A DNA stretch of 64,000 nt from the NCBI GenBank assembly GCA_964389325.1, contig CAYMEN010000003.1:62502-126501 (forward strand), read 5' to 3'. The notes under the pieces were generated by a model. It worked only from the letters and a program-made list of their open reading frames with translations. It did not search any database and was not told where the DNA came from. The DNA comes from an uncultured bacterium. GTDB lineage: Bacteria > Muiribacteriota > Ozemobacteria > Ozemobacterales > Ozemobacteraceae. A program made the translations under genes and the position numbers. Positions 1-13,228 of the stretch are shown here, in pieces. Each line of letters starts with the position of its first letter. Position 1 is the first letter of the stretch.

Positions 1-2
1 CC

Positions 3-308
3 GGGGCGACGGCTCCCTATCCCGATGTGGAAAGCGATCTCCACCCACAGATTCACCTGGCGAAGCCCGCCGAGGAAAACTGGTCGCTCTACACCTCCGC
101 CGCAGATGATCCGGCATGCCCCATCGAAGGAAAATATCAGCTCAAATCGATCCGCCTCGACAGCTCGCTCGATGGGATGAGCATGGTGCAGGACGCGTAT
201 GAACTCCAGGTGGAGGCAAAGGTGAAAGGGACGGGCGGCCTGACGCATACCGATTTCGTGAAGGAGCAGATCATCATATCCCGATTCACCGGGGGGATCG
301 GGCCATGA
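3..308 (+). CDS. hypothetical protein, 5-prime truncated by window edge; stop overlaps start of downstream pseudopilin gene (ATGA)
   Basis: Open frame from window start with strong G/C third-position bias; TGA at 306-308 overlaps ATG at 305. Confidence 0.4.
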   Translation, partial: GATAPYPDVESDLHPQIHLAKPAEENWSLYTSAADDPACPIEGKYQLKSIRLDSSLDGMSMVQDAYELQVEAKVKGTGGLTHTDFVKEQIIISRFTGGIGP

Positions 309-1141
309 ACCGGCAGATGGGAAAAAAATCGCCGACGCGCGGCATGACGCTGATGGAGGTCATGGTCGCCGTCGCCCTCGTTTCGCTCGTGTTCGGGGTC
401 GCATACCGGATCATGGACCAGGCCCGGCGGGAGACACGCAAGGGATTCTGGCTCCAGAAGGCAATCACCGAACTTCGCAACGGGACCCGCGCGATCTCGA
501 TGCGCCTGAAAAAGACGAGTTATCCGACGTCGGTCGTCCGGACCGGGGGCCAGCAGACCGTCATCTCATTCAAGGAAAAGAGGACCTACGACCATTCGGG
601 CCGCCTGCGGAACCTGGTCGTCAACAGTTCGAACGCCATGAACCTCGTGACGAAAACCGGCGTCGTGCGGTCGTCGGCTTCCGAGATCGTTCTGATGCGG
701 TTCCCCGTGTGCGTCCCCGAGATGGATATCGATTCATATACCCCTGGCATCATCACATGGGTCGAGGTCGTCATGGAGCCGCAACCCGACTTTTCCATCA
801 ACGGCCTTTCGCGTATTTTCCTCCGCGAACGTGACGACGCCTACGACACCAGAGCGCTCCCCGACCGGGCGTATGGCCTGTCGACCGCGTTCGATCCCGC
901 CCTCGCCGTCGCGAGCAGAAAAACCCTCATCGGCGACGTCGAGCAGGTGATGATCGACAAGTGGCCCATCGACGAACTTTCCGGCGTCCATGTGACGAAC
1001 GCGGGCACGGTTGGCACGACGACGAAAAAGAAGTATCTCGTCTCGTTGCGGATTGACTGCTTGAATCCCATCGACAAAGCGATGATGATTGGCGACCAGA
1101 GCGCCGTCACGGTCAACACCGACGTGAGCGTCTTTCCCTGA
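305..1141 (+). CDS. prepilin-type N-terminal cleavage/methylation domain protein (pseudopilin-like)
   Basis: N-terminus RGMTLMEVMVAVALVSLVFGVAY matches G-F/M-T-L-x-E prepilin leader plus hydrophobic helix. Confidence 0.6.
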   Translation: MNRQMGKKSPTRGMTLMEVMVAVALVSLVFGVAYRIMDQARRETRKGFWLQKAITELRNGTRAISMRLKKTSYPTSVVRTGGQQTVISFKEKRTYDHSGRLRNLVVNSSNAMNLVTKTGVVRSSASEIVLMRFPVCVPEMDIDSYTPGIITWVEVVMEPQPDFSINGLSRIFLRERDDAYDTRALPDRAYGLSTAFDPALAVASRKTLIGDVEQVMIDKWPIDELSGVHVTNAGTVGTTTKKKYLVSLRIDCLNPIDKAMMIGDQSAVTVNTDVSVFP

Positions 1142-1233
1142 GAGCCGGAACCGGTTCCTGTATCGCGGTTTTCCGACGACGCTGGCAACGACTTCGAGCG
1201 AGGTCGGGGCTTCAACCGTGGGTCATGCTCAGT

Positions 1234-1268
1234 CTGTAGAATCGCGAGAAGCTCCCGCGATTCTACAG
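1234..1268. terminator. perfect 13-bp inverted repeat CTGTAGAATCGCG/CGCGATTCTACAG with 9-nt loop; possible terminator or structured element between pseudopilin gene and trxA
   Basis: Read directly from sequence; no clear T-tract, so intrinsic-terminator assignment is weak. Confidence 0.3.
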
Positions 1269-1330
1269 GCTCGGGATCATCGGGTGGTCATCGTCCTTCG
1301 GACCTCCATGCGACCGCCGGTTGGCGGGCT

Positions 1331-1660
1331 TCAGCCCGCTGGCAGCAGGCAGTCCTGGATCTGGTGGGCGAGGGCATGTTTCTGCATGGCTCCGACCTGC
1401 GTCTTGACGAGTTTGCCATCTCGGAAGAACGCCAGCGTCGGGATCGACATTACACCGAAGCGAACGGCCAGCTGCTGGTTTTCATCCACATTGACTTTGG
1501 CCACTTTCACTTTTCCCTCGAAATCTTTCGCGATTTCTTCGATGGTCGGTCCGAACGCCCGGCAGGGGCCGCACCAGGGGGCCCAGAAATCGACGACGAC
1601 GGGGATGGTTCCCGACGTCACTTCCCGGTCAAAATTCGCCTGGGTCAATTCGAGTGTCAT
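1331..1660 (-). CDS. trxA: thioredoxin
   Basis: WCGPC active-site motif, 109 aa, typical thioredoxin fold sequence (FWAPWCGPCR...IPTL..F..G). Confidence 0.9.
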   Translation of the reverse strand: MTLELTQANFDREVTSGTIPVVVDFWAPWCGPCRAFGPTIEEIAKDFEGKVKVAKVNVDENQQLAVRFGVMSIPTLAFFRDGKLVKTQVGAMQKHALAHQIQDCLLPAG

Positions 1661-2237
1661 ACGATGTCTCCTTTGTGGTTATGAAATACGCTTCCGTATA
1701 CGATCAGGTGCCGCGTTGTCGAGTTGTCTCGCAGAGCGGCGATGGAAGCATGATAGCAACGGGCGTGCCACCTGCTGAAACCTCTGTGTGATGCGACATG
1801 TGAGCGACCGAAATGCTCCAGGATCTGATGAGCGTGCAGAAAATGCATGGATACCATGTGAAAATTGCGTGGCCTTGGATGCCGCCCGCGAGCGGAACTC
1901 GACGGGCTCTCGCAGTCACTGCCAATGAGCCCTGGAAAGCGAAAACCTTCCCTTGGCCCTGAGCTTGTCGAACCCTGTCCTGAGCCTGTCGCGGGGGGGT
2001 GAGAGCTATTCGTGTTTCGACAGGCTCAGCACGGACGGAACGCGAAACAGGTTTACCTGTGCGGGAGGCAACACGTGTGCTGCATCGTCGTGATCGTGCC
2101 GTTCGCAAAACATCGGAGAAAAGCCTGGGATGGGCATGTCGAGAACCTTTGGCTGCCATGGCATGATTTGTGCTGTGGGGAAAAACATGGTTATATGGGT
2201 TCGTCTTCGAATACCTACGGGAATCCAGGAGGTGCTG

Positions 2238-3638
2238 ATGTCTCGTCCCGATCGCCTGCTCGCCGCCATGTTCTGTCTGACCTTCGTATCGCTGCCCGGC
2301 TTTGCCGTCGAACCCCTTTCGATCGGCGAAGCCGTGAGAAAAGCCCTGGACCACAGCCCGGCTCTCGGCGCCGCACGGGAGGGAGAGACCGTGGCGCGCG
2401 AAAAGATCGGCGAAGCCCGGTCGATGCGCGGCCTGAAAGTGACGGCCGGCGTTTCCGACACGCGCCTCGACAGCCCGATGATGGCTTTCGGAGCCCGGCT
2501 CGACCAGGGCCGCATCTCGATGGCCGACTTCCAGCCCGACCGGCTGAACGATCCCGATGCGGTGAACAACCTCAAGATCGGTGCGCAGGTCGTCCTGCCG
2601 CTCCATCTCGGCGGCATGGATCGTCACGCGGAACGTGCCGCGCGGTTCGGCCTCGATGCGGCCGCGCAGGACACCGCGCACGCTTCAGAGGAAACGATCT
2701 TCCGCACGATCGACACGTATCTCGGGGTCGTGCTTGCCCGCGAGAGCCTCTCGGTGGCCGATAAGGCCTGCGAGATGTCGGCCGAAAGCTTGAAGAACGC
2801 GCAGGCCGCCGTCGAGGCCCAGCGCGCCGTCGAATCGGACCTTCTCCAGGCGAAGGTCCACCACTCGCAGAACCAGGAAACCAGCCTCCGGATGCAGAAC
2901 CAGTACCGGCTTGCCCTCGAGGGGCTCGCCACGGTGATGGGCGTCGCCTCAGCCTCGGATTACGAGTTAACCATGCCGTTGCTTCAGGAGGAATGCACCC
3001 CCTGCGGGGAAGAGCCCGCGCGGCTTCTGGATACCGCCCTTCGTCAGCGCCCCGATTATCTTGCCCTGCTGAAGCGCGCGGATGCCGTTTCGCAGAGCGA
3101 ACGCATGCACCGCGGCGCGGTCCGGCCCCATGTCGTGCTTGGGGCGGCTGCCGATCACAACCGCGACGGCTTCGGCGGCGATGGCCATGGCAACAGCATG
3201 GTGTTCGCGCGCGTCGACTGGAACATCGCCGACGGCGGAGAAGCGAGCCACAAGGCCGCGGGGGCGAAGGCCCAGTCACGCCAGCTCCGACTGGCGGCGC
3301 AGGCCCTGAGGGACGGGATCCATCTCCAGGTCCGCGAGGCCCTGACGGGCATCAACAACGCGCTCGAGCGGATCAAGGTCAGCCGGGAAGCCGTCGAGAA
3401 CAGCACCGAGTCCCTCCGCATCCTGCGCGACCGGTATACGGCTGGTCTGGCCATCATGAGCGACCTGCTCGGGGCCGAGGCCAGCCTCCTGTCGCACCGC
3501 ATGAATCATCTGAGAGCCCTGTATGACTACTCGATCAGCCGCGCGCGCCTGAAGATGGCCCTCGGCGATCTCACGCTCGAGCGGTGCGCCCTGCTCCAGG
3601 ACGAGGCAATCACCACGGAATACGTAAACCGCAGATGA
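2238..3638 (+). CDS. TolC-family outer membrane efflux protein (OMP component of tripartite RND system)
   Basis: Signal peptide MSRPDRLLAAMFCLTFVSLPGFA after a GGAGG RBS; two OEP-like repeats; coiled-coil-rich alpha-barrel-like sequence; immediately upstream of MFP and RND genes. Confidence 0.75.
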   Translation: MSRPDRLLAAMFCLTFVSLPGFAVEPLSIGEAVRKALDHSPALGAAREGETVAREKIGEARSMRGLKVTAGVSDTRLDSPMMAFGARLDQGRISMADFQPDRLNDPDAVNNLKIGAQVVLPLHLGGMDRHAERAARFGLDAAAQDTAHASEETIFRTIDTYLGVVLARESLSVADKACEMSAESLKNAQAAVEAQRAVESDLLQAKVHHSQNQETSLRMQNQYRLALEGLATVMGVASASDYELTMPLLQEECTPCGEEPARLLDTALRQRPDYLALLKRADAVSQSERMHRGAVRPHVVLGAAADHNRDGFGGDGHGNSMVFARVDWNIADGGEASHKAAGAKAQSRQLRLAAQALRDGIHLQVREALTGINNALERIKVSREAVENSTESLRILRDRYTAGLAIMSDLLGAEASLLSHRMNHLRALYDYSISRARLKMALGDLTLERCALLQDEAITTEYVNRR

Positions 3639-3750
3639 CGCTGATGAGGACGCGGATTGGCGCGGATGGCAGGAAAACAATATCGAATAGTTTAAATATT
3701 TATAAATACATGAACAGATGGTTCGATGCCATGAAACGGGAGAAATTTGT

Positions 3751-4893
3751 ATGAATATGACTATAAAATTTTGTGTCGTCGGCCTTGTCGGGATGGGGTT
3801 TCTGTTTCCTGTCGCGACGCTGTCGGCGCAGGATGCCTGGCAGACGGCCGCGAACGTCGAGCAGAGCCTGGTCTACGAGGCGATCGGGAATATCCAGCCA
3901 AAGGTCGTGACGACGCTTTCCAGTAAGGTCATGGGGAACGTGCTCGAGGTGCTCAAGCGCGAGGGAGACACGGTGAAGGCCGGCGAGACCGTCGTGAAAA
4001 TCGACGCGCGCGACGTCGCTTCCGACCTGGCCGGGGCTCGGGCGGGGCTTTCCGAAGCGGCCGCGATGAAAACCGAGATCGACCGGGGCCTCCAGGCCGC
4101 CCAGGCGCAGAAACAGCAGGCCGACGCCGGGCTGAAGCTGGCCGAATCGTCATTCCAGCGCATCACGGAGCTGTTCGAGAAAAAGTCGGTCAGCAAGCAG
4201 GAATACGACCAGGCCGAGGCGGCGTTCACGTCGGCGCAGGCCCAGGTGCGCGGCGCCCAGGCCCAGATCGACTCGCTCGAGGCGAAGAAGTCGACCGTCA
4301 ACGCCCGCATCTCCCAGGCCCAGGCCGGCATCAGCAAGGTCGAGACGATCAAGGACCTCGCCGAAGTCACGGCGCCGTTCGGCGGCCGCGTCACGGCCCG
4401 CCGCATCGAGCCCGGCATGCTTGCCGCCCCCGGCGTGCCCCTGCTGACGATCGAGGATTCATCGCAGCTGCGGTTCGAGGCGATGGTGCCCGAGCGGTTC
4501 ATCGCGTCGATCACCGAAGGCATGCAGGTCGATGTCACCATCGACGCTCTCGCGGGCCGCACCTTCTCGGGCGTCGTCGCCGAGATCCTGCCCTCCGCCG
4601 ACGCCCTGTCGCACACCTTCATCGTGAAGATCGCCCTCGCGGCCCAGCCCGGGTTCAAGAGCGGCATGTATGCCCGCGGGGCGTTCGTCATTGGCTCCGA
4701 GACCGTGCTTCTCGTTCCGCCGACCGCGATCGAGATCCGCGGCCAGCTCGAGGGCGTCTGGGTCGAAACCAGCGGAAAGCCTGTCTACAGGCTCGTCAGA
4801 ACCGGCCGGACGATGCGGGGCGGGATTGAGATTCTCTCCGGTCTCAAGCCGGGCGACCGGTTCCTGCCCACTCCGCCCGCAGGAGGAAACTGA
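3751..4893 (+). CDS. RND efflux membrane fusion protein (periplasmic adaptor subunit, HlyD/AcrA family)
   Basis: N-terminal signal/anchor, biotinyl-lipoyl-like beta hairpin motifs (GETVVKIDARD, GGRVTARRIEPGM), long AQAQ coiled coil, 4 nt upstream of RND pump. Confidence 0.8.
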   Translation: MNMTIKFCVVGLVGMGFLFPVATLSAQDAWQTAANVEQSLVYEAIGNIQPKVVTTLSSKVMGNVLEVLKREGDTVKAGETVVKIDARDVASDLAGARAGLSEAAAMKTEIDRGLQAAQAQKQQADAGLKLAESSFQRITELFEKKSVSKQEYDQAEAAFTSAQAQVRGAQAQIDSLEAKKSTVNARISQAQAGISKVETIKDLAEVTAPFGGRVTARRIEPGMLAAPGVPLLTIEDSSQLRFEAMVPERFIASITEGMQVDVTIDALAGRTFSGVVAEILPSADALSHTFIVKIALAAQPGFKSGMYARGAFVIGSETVLLVPPTAIEIRGQLEGVWVETSGKPVYRLVRTGRTMRGGIEILSGLKPGDRFLPTPPAGGN

Positions 4894-4896
4894 CGC

Positions 4897-8136
<3,240 letters not shown>

Positions 8137-8307
8137 TTCCTCCGGGGAAACAACACGGGCGCGGGGCCGGATATTCAGGCCTCGCGCCGCTTTTTCGCCG
8201 GCGATATCTATGTTCCGGAAAGGAAACGACATCCGCAGATGGCGCAGATGACGCAGATATAATATGAATATTTATATATAAGCACCCGGATTCAATACGG
8301 TCTTGAA

Positions 8308-8352
8308 AAACGCCTTCGCCGCGAGCCTGGAAGCACGCAGCGAAGGCGTTTT
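8308..8352. terminator. bidirectional rho-independent terminator between convergent RND pump and anti-sigma genes
   Basis: Perfect 13-bp stem AAAACGCCTTCGC ... GCGAAGGCGTTTT flanked by A/T runs on both sides. Confidence 0.55.
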
Positions 8353-8359
8353 GCACCGG

Positions 8360-9460
8360 CTAGTTGGCTCCGGGTTGGTGGTCCAGGAGGGTGGACAGCG
8401 GGTCGTCGGAAACGGCGGCCGGCGAGGCGGTTGCCGATGCCGGCTGGAGCGTCGGGGACGCCACGGTGGGCGCGGAAGCGGGCTGCGGGAATGCCGGTTG
8501 TTCGATGACCTCCGTCTGCGTCGCCGTTTCGGAGGCGACGGCGGCCGTGGCGGGATCGATCGTGCGTGGTGAGGGGAATCCCCAGGCCCGGATATCGGAT
8601 TCGGCGAGCGTTTCGAGAGAGACCAGTTCACCGCAGACTGCGCGGGTTCCGGGAGTGAGAATGACCGGCGGTTCCGAGGCGATGGCCAGGGTGAGGTTCC
8701 CTGCAAACAGATCGATACAGGTGGTGTTCGAAGCTATTCTGACGCCAAACGCCGCATTGTTGGCCTTAACCGAAGCGATTCCGGCGTTCAGGGTGCGGGC
8801 CCTGGCAGGCTGACCGGATTTGAAGTCGCACCTGGCCGCCCCGGCCTCGAGCCGGATTTGCTCGTTGTCGATCGTGAGCCTGGAGTCGGGGAGAAGGTCG
8901 ATCCGGCCGCTCGATGCGACCGAGAGGGCGAAGCGGCCGTCGATTCCGGTGGTGAAGCAGGTCGGCTCGGTGAAGAGGCCGTTCGTCAGGTTCGTCGAAG
9001 CGCTCCAGCGGCCATCCGCCAGGATCAGGCCGACAGGGTCCTCGAGTTTCCCGGCCAGCGTCGCCCGGCCCTGGACCGATGTCCGTGTGACTCCCGGCCC
9101 GTCGGAAACGGGGCGGGAAACCGAGAAAAACAGCAGCCCGGCGAGGGCGGCCGTGGCGAGAACCGACAGCCATCCGATGAACCGCCGACTGCCGCCGGCC
9201 TGTTCGGCCGTGTCGGGCTCCGCCTGGACGGGAACCGGAAGAGCCCGGACGGCGGCCATGATGCGCGGCGTGAGGTCGGGGCCTTCGCGGAGGCGCAGCC
9301 GCTTCAGATCGGCCTGGCCCCGGCGGGCTTCCTCGATCATCGCCCGACACGCGCCGCATTCGCCGAGATGGCGCTCGAAGGCGGCCAGCTCGCTGCCCTG
9401 CAGGGCACCGTCCAGATACTCGCAGCACGTTATTTCATCGAAATGGTTCATATCGTTCAT
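8360..9460 (-). CDS. anti-sigma factor (zf-HC2 type, single TM, periplasmic domain with P/A/T-rich C-terminal tail)
   Basis: N-terminal CCEYLDGAL...FERHLGECGACR zinc-finger anti-sigma motif; TM WLSVLATAALAGLLFF; located directly downstream of ECF sigma gene. Confidence 0.7.
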   Translation of the reverse strand: MNDMNHFDEITCCEYLDGALQGSELAAFERHLGECGACRAMIEEARRGQADLKRLRLREGPDLTPRIMAAVRALPVPVQAEPDTAEQAGGSRRFIGWLSVLATAALAGLLFFSVSRPVSDGPGVTRTSVQGRATLAGKLEDPVGLILADGRWSASTNLTNGLFTEPTCFTTGIDGRFALSVASSGRIDLLPDSRLTIDNEQIRLEAGAARCDFKSGQPARARTLNAGIASVKANNAAFGVRIASNTTCIDLFAGNLTLAIASEPPVILTPGTRAVCGELVSLETLAESDIRAWGFPSPRTIDPATAAVASETATQTEVIEQPAFPQPASAPTVASPTLQPASATASPAAVSDDPLSTLLDHQPGAN

Positions 9461-9513
9461 CCTGTCGTTCTTAACTTCCCCTGAAACGACCGACGGTTAC
9501 ATGAATCGAACAC

Positions 9514-10101
9514 TTATTTGCTCTCGCTCCCGAAAGCGGCGGGCAAATCCGCGGGGGCTTCCTTCTGCAGCGTCTGCCCGAGTATGCGCCGGGCACGGAA
9601 CAGCCGTATTTTCACGAGATGCTGGGGAATTTCGAGAATCTCGGATATCTGCTGGTACGACCGTTCGAAAAAGTAGAACAGCCAGACGACGAGCTTGAAA
9701 TCCTCGGGAAGCCGGGCCATCGCCGCCCCCACCGCCTCCTGACGCTCGCGCCGGAGCTGCTCGTCGAGCGGATCGCAGAAGATGGGAATCTCTGCGTCGG
9801 GAAGCGGGACGGGGGTCTTTTTCCGGAGAGCCTTGTAACAGTGGTTGGTGGCGATTTTCAGGATCCAGTTCGTGAAGGAGCGCGACTGGTCGAATCGTCC
9901 GAGGCTCTGATACGTCGCGATGAACACTTCCTGGACGACATCCTCGGCCGCCGCGGGCCGTCGCACGTGATACAGCGCCATCATGTAAATCTTGCTCTGG
10001 TATCGCTTCACGAGCTCGCCGAACGCTTCCACCCGGCCAGCGAGCACCTGTCTGACGATCTCGGCATCCTCGGGCGGATGAGCTCCGGGGTGGTCCGTCA
10101 T
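9514..10101 (-). CDS. ECF-family RNA polymerase sigma factor (sigma-70 regions 2 and 4)
   Basis: Region 2 motif VQEVFIATYQSLGRFD...FTNWILKIATN and region 4 helix-turn-helix (SYQQISEILEIP...VKIRLFRARRIL). ATG at 10101 forms an ATGA overlap with the upstream pseudopilin stop; alternative ATG at 10110. Confidence 0.85.
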   Translation of the reverse strand: MTDHPGAHPPEDAEIVRQVLAGRVEAFGELVKRYQSKIYMMALYHVRRPAAAEDVVQEVFIATYQSLGRFDQSRSFTNWILKIATNHCYKALRKKTPVPLPDAEIPIFCDPLDEQLRRERQEAVGAAMARLPEDFKLVVWLFYFFERSYQQISEILEIPQHLVKIRLFRARRILGQTLQKEAPADLPAAFGSESK

Positions 10102-10649
10102 GGTTCCCATCCGGGGATGAGACTGTTGCTGGCGTGGTTCGAGCAGTAGATGAACCGGTTCACCTCGAAGACTTCCGTTCCCTTGGGCGGCGTACCGATC
10201 TTGAGGTGAACGCGGAAGCCCATGCGGTTGTCCGGCAGGTCGACCCGGGTGAACTTCGTGTCGAGCACCATCAGCTCGCGACAGTAGACATATTCTTCAG
10301 GCGTCCCCGACGTGGGGATGTGCTTCCTGATGAGACCCCGGTTGGAGGGCGGGCGCTCGTAGATAATCGAGCTCTGGGACAGCCCGCTCCCGTCGCTTTC
10401 GAGAATCCCGATCTTGGCGGAGGGCTCTTCGGAGCCGGGTTGCATCGAGGAAAGATCGACGGCGCGCTGGACGTCGTCTTCGATCTGGGAAAGCAGGATC
10501 GCGGTCGACTGGACGTTCGTGAGGTGCGCGGCGCCCTTCGTCGAGGTTTCCATGCCCTTCGACAGCAGGCGGCTGAGCGCGTAGACGACGATCGACGCGA
10601 GCAGCACGCTGACGGCGATTTCCACGAGGGTGAAGGCGCGACGTTTCAT
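10098..10649 (-). CDS. prepilin-type N-terminal cleavage/methylation domain protein (minor pseudopilin-like)
   Basis: MKRRAFTLVEIAVSVLLASIVVYAL prepilin leader + hydrophobic helix. Confidence 0.6.
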   Translation of the reverse strand: MKRRAFTLVEIAVSVLLASIVVYALSRLLSKGMETSTKGAAHLTNVQSTAILLSQIEDDVQRAVDLSSMQPGSEEPSAKIGILESDGSGLSQSSIIYERPPSNRGLIRKHIPTSGTPEEYVYCRELMVLDTKFTRVDLPDNRMGFRVHLKIGTPPKGTEVFEVNRFIYCSNHASNSLIPGWEP

Positions 10650-10652
10650 GGT

Positions 10653-11081
10653 TCAGCGGTTCCTGTATGTCATGCAGCTCATCGAGATGCTGCGCTTGAC
10701 CTGCGCGGTTTTCCAGGCGACCTCGGCCACCAGGACCTTGTAGATGAACGGCACCGTCGCGGGAACGGACGGGGTGATGACCGAGAGCTTCCGCTCGAAC
10801 CGGTCGTCGGCTTTGAGAACGAAGGTGGAGCCGTCCGCCTGCGTCACCTCGAGAGCATTCGCGTCGCGCGTTCCCGCCGCGAGGAACGGCGCATCGAACG
10901 GCCTGGACTGGGCGTAATCGAGAAGCTCGGTCGCGTAGGTGTAGGCGAGCACCTCGTCCCGGGTCTGCTGGGTGCCTGCCGCGCCCCGGGAGAAAATGAA
11001 AAAGATGGGGGAGAGGCACGCCGCGACAACGAGAACGGCGATCATGACTTCGGTGATGGTGAAGGCGTGTTTCTTGTTCAT
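10653..11081 (-). CDS. prepilin-type N-terminal cleavage/methylation domain protein (minor pseudopilin-like)
   Basis: MNKKHAFTITEVMIAVLVVAACL; start ATGA-overlaps stop of upstream 709-aa gene. The long ORF 10653..12251 in the track is this gene fused in-frame to an antisense artefact. Confidence 0.6.
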   Translation of the reverse strand: MNKKHAFTITEVMIAVLVVAACLSPIFFIFSRGAAGTQQTRDEVLAYTYATELLDYAQSRPFDAPFLAAGTRDANALEVTQADGSTFVLKADDRFERKLSVITPSVPATVPFIYKVLVAEVAWKTAQVKRSISMSCMTYRNR

Positions 11082-13207
11082 TTCAGCTGCAGGGGCGTGG
11101 GGTTGAGCGTGAACGAGAGGAGGTCCTGTTCGGAGGTCTCGTCGGCGGTCTGCCCGGGAAGGGCGGCGAGGGGAAGGGCGTATTCGAGCTCGGCGCCCTG
11201 GGAGGCACTCGAGATGTCGAACCGTTTCATGGCGACGGCCCCCTTGATCTGCGGCCGGCCGTTGTCGGTCACGGTGACGCGCCCCTTCGGCGCGGTCAGG
11301 GCGGCCTGGACGGGGCCGTTGATGTCGAGGGTGATGTCGCCGTCGAGCGTGACGAGTTGGAGAACCTTGAAAGCGGAACCGACGGTGGCGTTGATCTTGT
11401 TCGAGATGACGATGTTGCCCTTTTCGAGCACGATGCCGCCGTTGCTCACCACGTCGAGATTCTGCGTGATAAGCATGTCCGTTGCCCCGGGCACGTACAC
11501 CCAGCCGTTGAGATCGAGCTTGTTGCCCTTGAGCAGGCCGCGGTCGCGGAGATTGTTCCAGATGTCCTGCGGGGCATTCCCGGCCGGAAGCGTCCAGCTG
11601 GTGCGCTTTCCCGGGACATGCATCGCGCTGATGAAGGGCGTGATGGATTTCAGGCTGTTCGCGCCGGTGAGGCTGTCGAAGGGCGCCGGAATCGCGTGCA
11701 TCTTTTCCACCGGCGGAAGCGGATCGGAATTCATGAGCGTGAGGAGCGGGCTCGTCTGGAGGCTGGGGAGCGGGAACGCCAGGTTGTTGTTGGTGACCAT
11801 GATGGCGATGGAAAGATTGTACGGGGTGTATGCGAGGTTGCTGGCGAAATCCTGGTTGAATTTCTTGAGCGATTCCCCCGAAGAGGGGTTGAAGTAGGTC
11901 ATGCGGAGGCTTGGGTCGATGAGAGTCGTGAACGTGGAGATATTGTCGTTCTCCGGCATCGGCATCGGCGACAGATACTCCTGCCAGTATGTCAGGTTGC
12001 TCGCATCGCCGGGGACGCAGTTCAGGAAATCGGGGGTGAACCGTTTCCGGAGATCCTTGATCGCTTTCGCGGTGATGTAGGAGCGATACACCTCGCCGAG
12101 AACGAGGGTGGGAGACTTTTTCGAATCGGTGCCGTACAGCCGGAAGATCGAGTTGAAGCGGGCGAGTGAAGCAAGTTTCGAGTTGGCGATGAACCCCCAC
12201 CATTCGCGTGCGCCCGACGAGGTCGTGTCGAAGGTGGTTCCCTGGTCCCATCCGAGGAGGGCGATTTCACCGGCCGGATCGAGCCATTTGAGCGTGTACA
12301 GCCCATCGCCCTTGCCGCTCTTGAACAGGTGGAAACCTTCGGCGTATTTTCCCGGGCTGGGCCAGCCGCGTGCGAGGTTGAGATACATCCTGCCGCCGCC
12401 GAGATAGATGAGGCCGCGCTTTCCCTGGACGAGGCTGTCGAAGGTGAGGCTGCTGAGCGAAAGCTGGTCGTCGCCGTTCCAGAGCACCCAGGGCGTGACC
12501 TGATACCCGGTCTGGAGATTGCCGGTGACGTCCGTTGCGGCGAGGTTGAACCGCCACGGGGAACGGGTCGGTGAGCCGTCCAGCGCATCCTCGACATACA
12601 GGGTGAACTTCGAGAGCACCGGGATGATGGCGGCCGTGACCTTGACGCGGAGGGCGTAGTGGTAGTCTTCCGGATACTCCGGACCGTTCGTTTTCTTGTA
12701 CCTGATCGTCACATACAGGTGGATGATGCCGGATTTCTCTCGCGGAAACTTCGAGGAAATCGCGGAAAAGTCGCCCGCCCGGCATTCATACCGGATCTCG
12801 TAATTGAAGGTTCCGTGAGCCGCCAGGGGCTTGATCAGCTCTTTGACGACGTTCGAGAGATCCGGATCGCCCGAGTCGAACGCGATGGGAGGGTTGGCGG
12901 TGCGCGAAAGGTCGCCCATGCCGCTCACAGGCTTGCGGAGGTAGGTGACGAGGGGGTGATCGGGCCTGAGAAGGATATCGTGCTGGATTTTCTGCGCCGC
13001 GAGGTGAGCGAGGGAATTGGCCAGCACGCCCGTGATGCGCTGCTGGGCCTGCTTGTGCCCCGCGCGATTCTGTCTCACCATATACTGGATGAAATATCCG
13101 CCGATGAGCAGAAGCGCGAACATGACGCCTCCCGCCAGGATCAGAACCGAACCGTTCCGGTTCGATGCCTGCCTTGGGGTGGGTGCGGGCCGGGGCGGAA
13201 GCGTCAT
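11078..13207 (-). CDS. large membrane-anchored hypothetical protein (709 aa), N-terminal TM without prepilin cleavage motif, beta-strand-rich C-terminal region; possible GspK/minor-pilin-complex-like component
   Basis: TM VLILAGGVMFALLLIGGYFIQYM near N-terminus; G/C third-position bias; translationally coupled to downstream pseudopilins. Confidence 0.5.
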   Translation of the reverse strand: MTLPPRPAPTPRQASNRNGSVLILAGGVMFALLLIGGYFIQYMVRQNRAGHKQAQQRITGVLANSLAHLAAQKIQHDILLRPDHPLVTYLRKPVSGMGDLSRTANPPIAFDSGDPDLSNVVKELIKPLAAHGTFNYEIRYECRAGDFSAISSKFPREKSGIIHLYVTIRYKKTNGPEYPEDYHYALRVKVTAAIIPVLSKFTLYVEDALDGSPTRSPWRFNLAATDVTGNLQTGYQVTPWVLWNGDDQLSLSSLTFDSLVQGKRGLIYLGGGRMYLNLARGWPSPGKYAEGFHLFKSGKGDGLYTLKWLDPAGEIALLGWDQGTTFDTTSSGAREWWGFIANSKLASLARFNSIFRLYGTDSKKSPTLVLGEVYRSYITAKAIKDLRKRFTPDFLNCVPGDASNLTYWQEYLSPMPMPENDNISTFTTLIDPSLRMTYFNPSSGESLKKFNQDFASNLAYTPYNLSIAIMVTNNNLAFPLPSLQTSPLLTLMNSDPLPPVEKMHAIPAPFDSLTGANSLKSITPFISAMHVPGKRTSWTLPAGNAPQDIWNNLRDRGLLKGNKLDLNGWVYVPGATDMLITQNLDVVSNGGIVLEKGNIVISNKINATVGSAFKVLQLVTLDGDITLDINGPVQAALTAPKGRVTVTDNGRPQIKGAVAMKRFDISSASQGAELEYALPLAALPGQTADETSEQDLLSFTLNPTPLQLK

Positions 13208-13228
13208 GACGTGAGCGCGAAATCCATC

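Noticed and set aside
1218-2681. ORFs 1218-1778 (+), 1704-2681 (-) and 2012-2764 (+) around trxA and the TolC start
   Set aside because: They overlap the strongly supported trxA and TolC-like genes in other frames or strands. They have no start context and encode low-complexity translations.
10653-12251. 532-aa minus-strand ORF
   Set aside because: Only its C-terminal 142 codons (10653-11081, pseudopilin with its own ATG and ATGA coupling) are credible. The upstream part runs antisense-frame-shifted through the 709-aa gene and encodes R/H/P-rich sequence.
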